From: Flavobacteriales bacterium
Lineage (GTDB): Bacteria > Bacteroidota > Bacteroidia > Flavobacteriales_F > PHOS-HE28
Reading direction: 5' to 3'
DNA: 64,000 nucleotides
NCBI GenBank assembly: GCA_039933875.1
Contig: JBDTNF010000005.1
Location: 2,373 to 66,372 of the forward strand
The translations under genes and the position numbers were made by a program. The stretch's first letter is position 1. Each line of letters begins with the position of its first letter. This document shows, one piece after another, positions 61,613 to 64,000 of this stretch. A model generated the notes under the pieces. That model did not search any database. It saw nothing but the letters and a program-made list of their open reading frames with translations, and had not been told where the DNA came from.

Positions 61613-64000
61613 TGCTGGTGCGCAAGATCCATCGGCTGCTTCCGGCGGCCTTCGCCATGGTGATCTGCTCCCACGCGATCGCACAAGTGGCCTACCCTGA
61701 TGTGTACATAAACGATGTCGATTGGACGAGCGGCACGCGTTTCTTCACCGTCCCACAGCGCATCATCTCACCGGGCGATGCGAACCTGCCCGCTTCCACC
61801 ACGGAAGCTGCACACACGGAGTTCATTTCCGGCACCGAAATAAGGCTCACGCCCGGATTCCACGGTGGGGACCTCACAGGCGATGGCCGATTCAGGGCGT
61901 GGATCGATCAGGGCCTCGGCGTTCCTGAAGATGTGATCGCGATCAGCCCTGACCCTACTACCCATGTTGTTGAGAACGTGATGCATGTGGAGAAGTGGGA
62001 GAAACTCGAACTGGCTTTGAAGCTGCCGCAGGAGTATCGGGATGCGATTGACCAGTTTTTCGGCAACTATTACTCAAACGGGGTGACGAACGCTTCCACT
62101 CCGGGCAACATCGACGACGTTCACGACCTCAACCCTTTCGCCGATGATTCTTTGCAACTGGTCATGCACCTTACCAGCCCCTCGGGCGCACAGCGCATCA
62201 AGTGGGGCTTCTACATGACAGAAGCGATGTGGACTGTTGAGCCCCCAACCCCTGATGCGTTGTTGGTCGATGACACGAGCGACCCTTTGCTTTCGCATAA
62301 CATCCATTTCCGGTTCGCTCCCGATGAGGAGGGTACTTGGCAGTTCGCACTCTCAATAAAGGCCCCGCATACTGTGAACATGGCTAATGAGGCATTGGCT
62401 GAGGTGCACTACAATGGTTACACCTTCATTTGCGACCCGCCGCTAGCCGATAACAAGGGCTACTTGAGCGTTAACCCCAACAACAGGCGGTCATTATGGT
62501 TCAAGACTACTGAGGAACCCTTTATGGGGTTGGGCACCAACATCGCCCATCCGCTTGTGTCGACACCGGGTGAGCTCAAGTTCAAAAACTTTGATTTGAT
62601 GCGACGATCCATTGAGGACTTGCACTCTGGTGGAGGCAACTACGCTCGCATATTTATGATGGGCGGGGCCTTCGCTACGGAGTGGCAGAACTTGGGGGTT
62701 TATGATCACTATAGGGCACCGCAATGTTATGATAACGCCGTGCACATTGGCAATTGTCAAAATCAAAACTGGGCGTTGGATCGTGTCATAGACCAGGCCC
62801 ATACGAACGGTATATATGTTCAACTCTGCATCGACCCGTACCCGCCCATCAAGGTTTACGAAAATACGAACTGGCATTCTCACGCGTATGTGGATGCTTT
62901 CCTTGAACCCTCGCGGATTCCACAGGGGTCCGGCACCTATGACATGAAGCAGTTTTTCTATTCGATTGATCAATCCGATCCCCAAAACCCTGTGCGCCTC
63001 TACGACAGCGGCGTTTTCTATTACTGGAAGCGGAAGTACAAATACATCATGTCTCGCTGGGGCTATTCGGTGAACCTCGCCGTAATTGAACCTTTCAATG
63101 AGATTGACCAGATACTTACCTATGCGCCAACCAATATTAGCGACCCCAACTTTCCTGAGTACAATACAACTTGCCCGGAAAACCGCTTGAACTGGCTGGA
63201 GGATCCATACTTGCAAACAACGATCAAAGACTGGCTGACCGACATCGCACATTATGTCAGAGGTCCAGTCACCGATCCGGTTTCATCCTCATTGGGTGAC
63301 ACAACTAAGTTGTTCCTTCTGAGTTATGCTCTCGCCGATCCTAGCCAACTTGCCCACTATATCCCATTCACTAGTCCGGGGGTCGACTTAATCGATGCTC
63401 ATAAGGGATATGGCTCCGATGTGATAGCAGACCAAGGCCAGCCTGACGGAAAGATGAACGATGCTTACGATAGTGCCCACGATTTCTGGAACTCATTTCC
63501 AGAGTTGAACTCCCCTTTGGGCGAAAGAAAGCCTTTCAATCATGGCGAGTTCAGTCACAACACCCGTGTGAATTTGGGTACGTTCCACGACGATCTCGAA
63601 AAGATATTTCTCAATTACGATGTTTCTTTCCATAACGAGATTTGGGCGTCAGCCTTCTCTGGAAAATTTGCGGCAGGTACTTCTTGGAATTGGTACCGTA
63701 TTTTCTGGTGGCAAGATGCCCTGCCGCGCCCCCCAGCTAATCCGTTTAGCCCAGTCTTTCAACAACACCATCCCCAAGGCTACTACTCAAATGTTCTTGG
63801 AGGAACTGATCTGGACCCAAATGGGGCATCAAACTACATTGACGTCGGCGGCCTTGCGATTGCGATTCCTAACCGCAAGCTGACCCACCACTTCAAACCG
63901 CTCGCCGATCTGCTTATGCTTCCAGGGGTCCAGAACTTTCAGTTCTTTACATGGGATTATACGCCGCATAAATTGTACAGTGCAAGTGATCAAATCGAAT
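61612..64000 (+). CDS. large secreted hypothetical protein, 3' end outside the window (possible GH5-like TIM-barrel glycoside hydrolase region)
   Basis: This ORF is not in the supplied track because it lacks a stop. Hand translation of frame 1 from the ATG at 61612 gave no stop codon to 64000 (more than 796 codons). The signal peptide is MLVRKIHRLLPAAFAMVICSHAIAQ. ALDRVIDQAHTNGIYVQLCID and LAVIEPFNEID are GH5-like, but that functional hint is weak. Confidence 0.8.
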   Translation, partial: MLVRKIHRLLPAAFAMVICSHAIAQVAYPDVYINDVDWTSGTRFFTVPQRIISPGDANLPASTTEAAHTEFISGTEIRLTPGFHGGDLTGDGRFRAWIDQGLGVPEDVIAISPDPTTHVVENVMHVEKWEKLELALKLPQEYRDAIDQFFGNYYSNGVTNASTPGNIDDVHDLNPFADDSLQLVMHLTSPSGAQRIKWGFYMTEAMWTVEPPTPDALLVDDTSDPLLSHNIHFRFAPDEEGTWQFALSIKAPHTVNMANEALAEVHYNGYTFICDPPLADNKGYLSVNPNNRRSLWFKTTEEPFMGLGTNIAHPLVSTPGELKFKNFDLMRRSIEDLHSGGGNYARIFMMGGAFATEWQNLGVYDHYRAPQCYDNAVHIGNCQNQNWALDRVIDQAHTNGIYVQLCIDPYPPIKVYENTNWHSHAYVDAFLEPSRIPQGSGTYDMKQFFYSIDQSDPQNPVRLYDSGVFYYWKRKYKYIMSRWGYSVNLAVIEPFNEIDQILTYAPTNISDPNFPEYNTTCPENRLNWLEDPYLQTTIKDWLTDIAHYVRGPVTDPVSSSLGDTTKLFLLSYALADPSQLAHYIPFTSPGVDLIDAHKGYGSDVIADQGQPDGKMNDAYDSAHDFWNSFPELNSPLGERKPFNHGEFSHNTRVNLGTFHDDLEKIFLNYDVSFHNEIWASAFSGKFAAGTSWNWYRIFWWQDALPRPPANPFSPVFQQHHPQGYYSNVLGGTDLDPNGASNYIDVGGLAIAIPNRKLTHHFKPLADLLMLPGVQNFQFFTWDYTPHKLYSASDQIE

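Overview
The window looks like a high-GC Bacteroidota chromosome segment. The evidence is T9SS type A and type B C-terminal sorting domains, three PorP/SprF genes, SprB-type repeats and a DUF2723 gene. Hand counts of single 60-nt lines give about 62% GC at 10021 and 55% at 20001, against 50% at 41101 and 43% at 62701.

Layout:
- 0-12.3 kb: housekeeping genes and secreted proteins. These are a low-affinity iron permease, two tandem Cys-x-Cys secreted paralogs, a delta-60 repeat protein, aspS, a GuaD-type guanine deaminase, an MtfA-like M90 peptidase, tRNA-Gln, DUF2723 and a polysaccharide deacetylase.
- 12.3-36.4 kb: a minus-strand T9SS cargo cluster. It holds three consecutive cargo plus PorP/SprF pairs and ends in an OmpA-family gene. 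Two cargos are giant repeat proteins of about 2863 aa and 3118 aa.
- 36.5-49.5 kb: an accessory stretch. It contains a 16 x 21-bp phased repeat array between a GerE/LuxR-type HTH gene and an FN3 gene. It also contains a displaced 15-nt copy of the tRNA-Arg(CCU) 3' end with its own terminator, which with the intact tRNA at 49.5 kb brackets about 9.6 kb. Inside that bracket are scrambled type IIG restriction-modification remnants, a two-component system, a translationally coupled NhaD operon and an orphan PD-(D/E)xK-like gene.
- 49.6-60.1 kb: core genes. These are a multi-TM protein, an S8 peptidase, an FAD-binding protein, metG, an LD-carboxypeptidase, yraN and an RluB-like pseudouridine synthase.
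- 60.1-64 kb: a low-GC block with a SprB-repeat/tail-fibre-like protein and a large secreted protein that runs off the window.

No CRISPR array, rRNA, transposase or integrase was recognised. All functional calls come from reading the translated ORFs and remembering family motifs. No database search was run.
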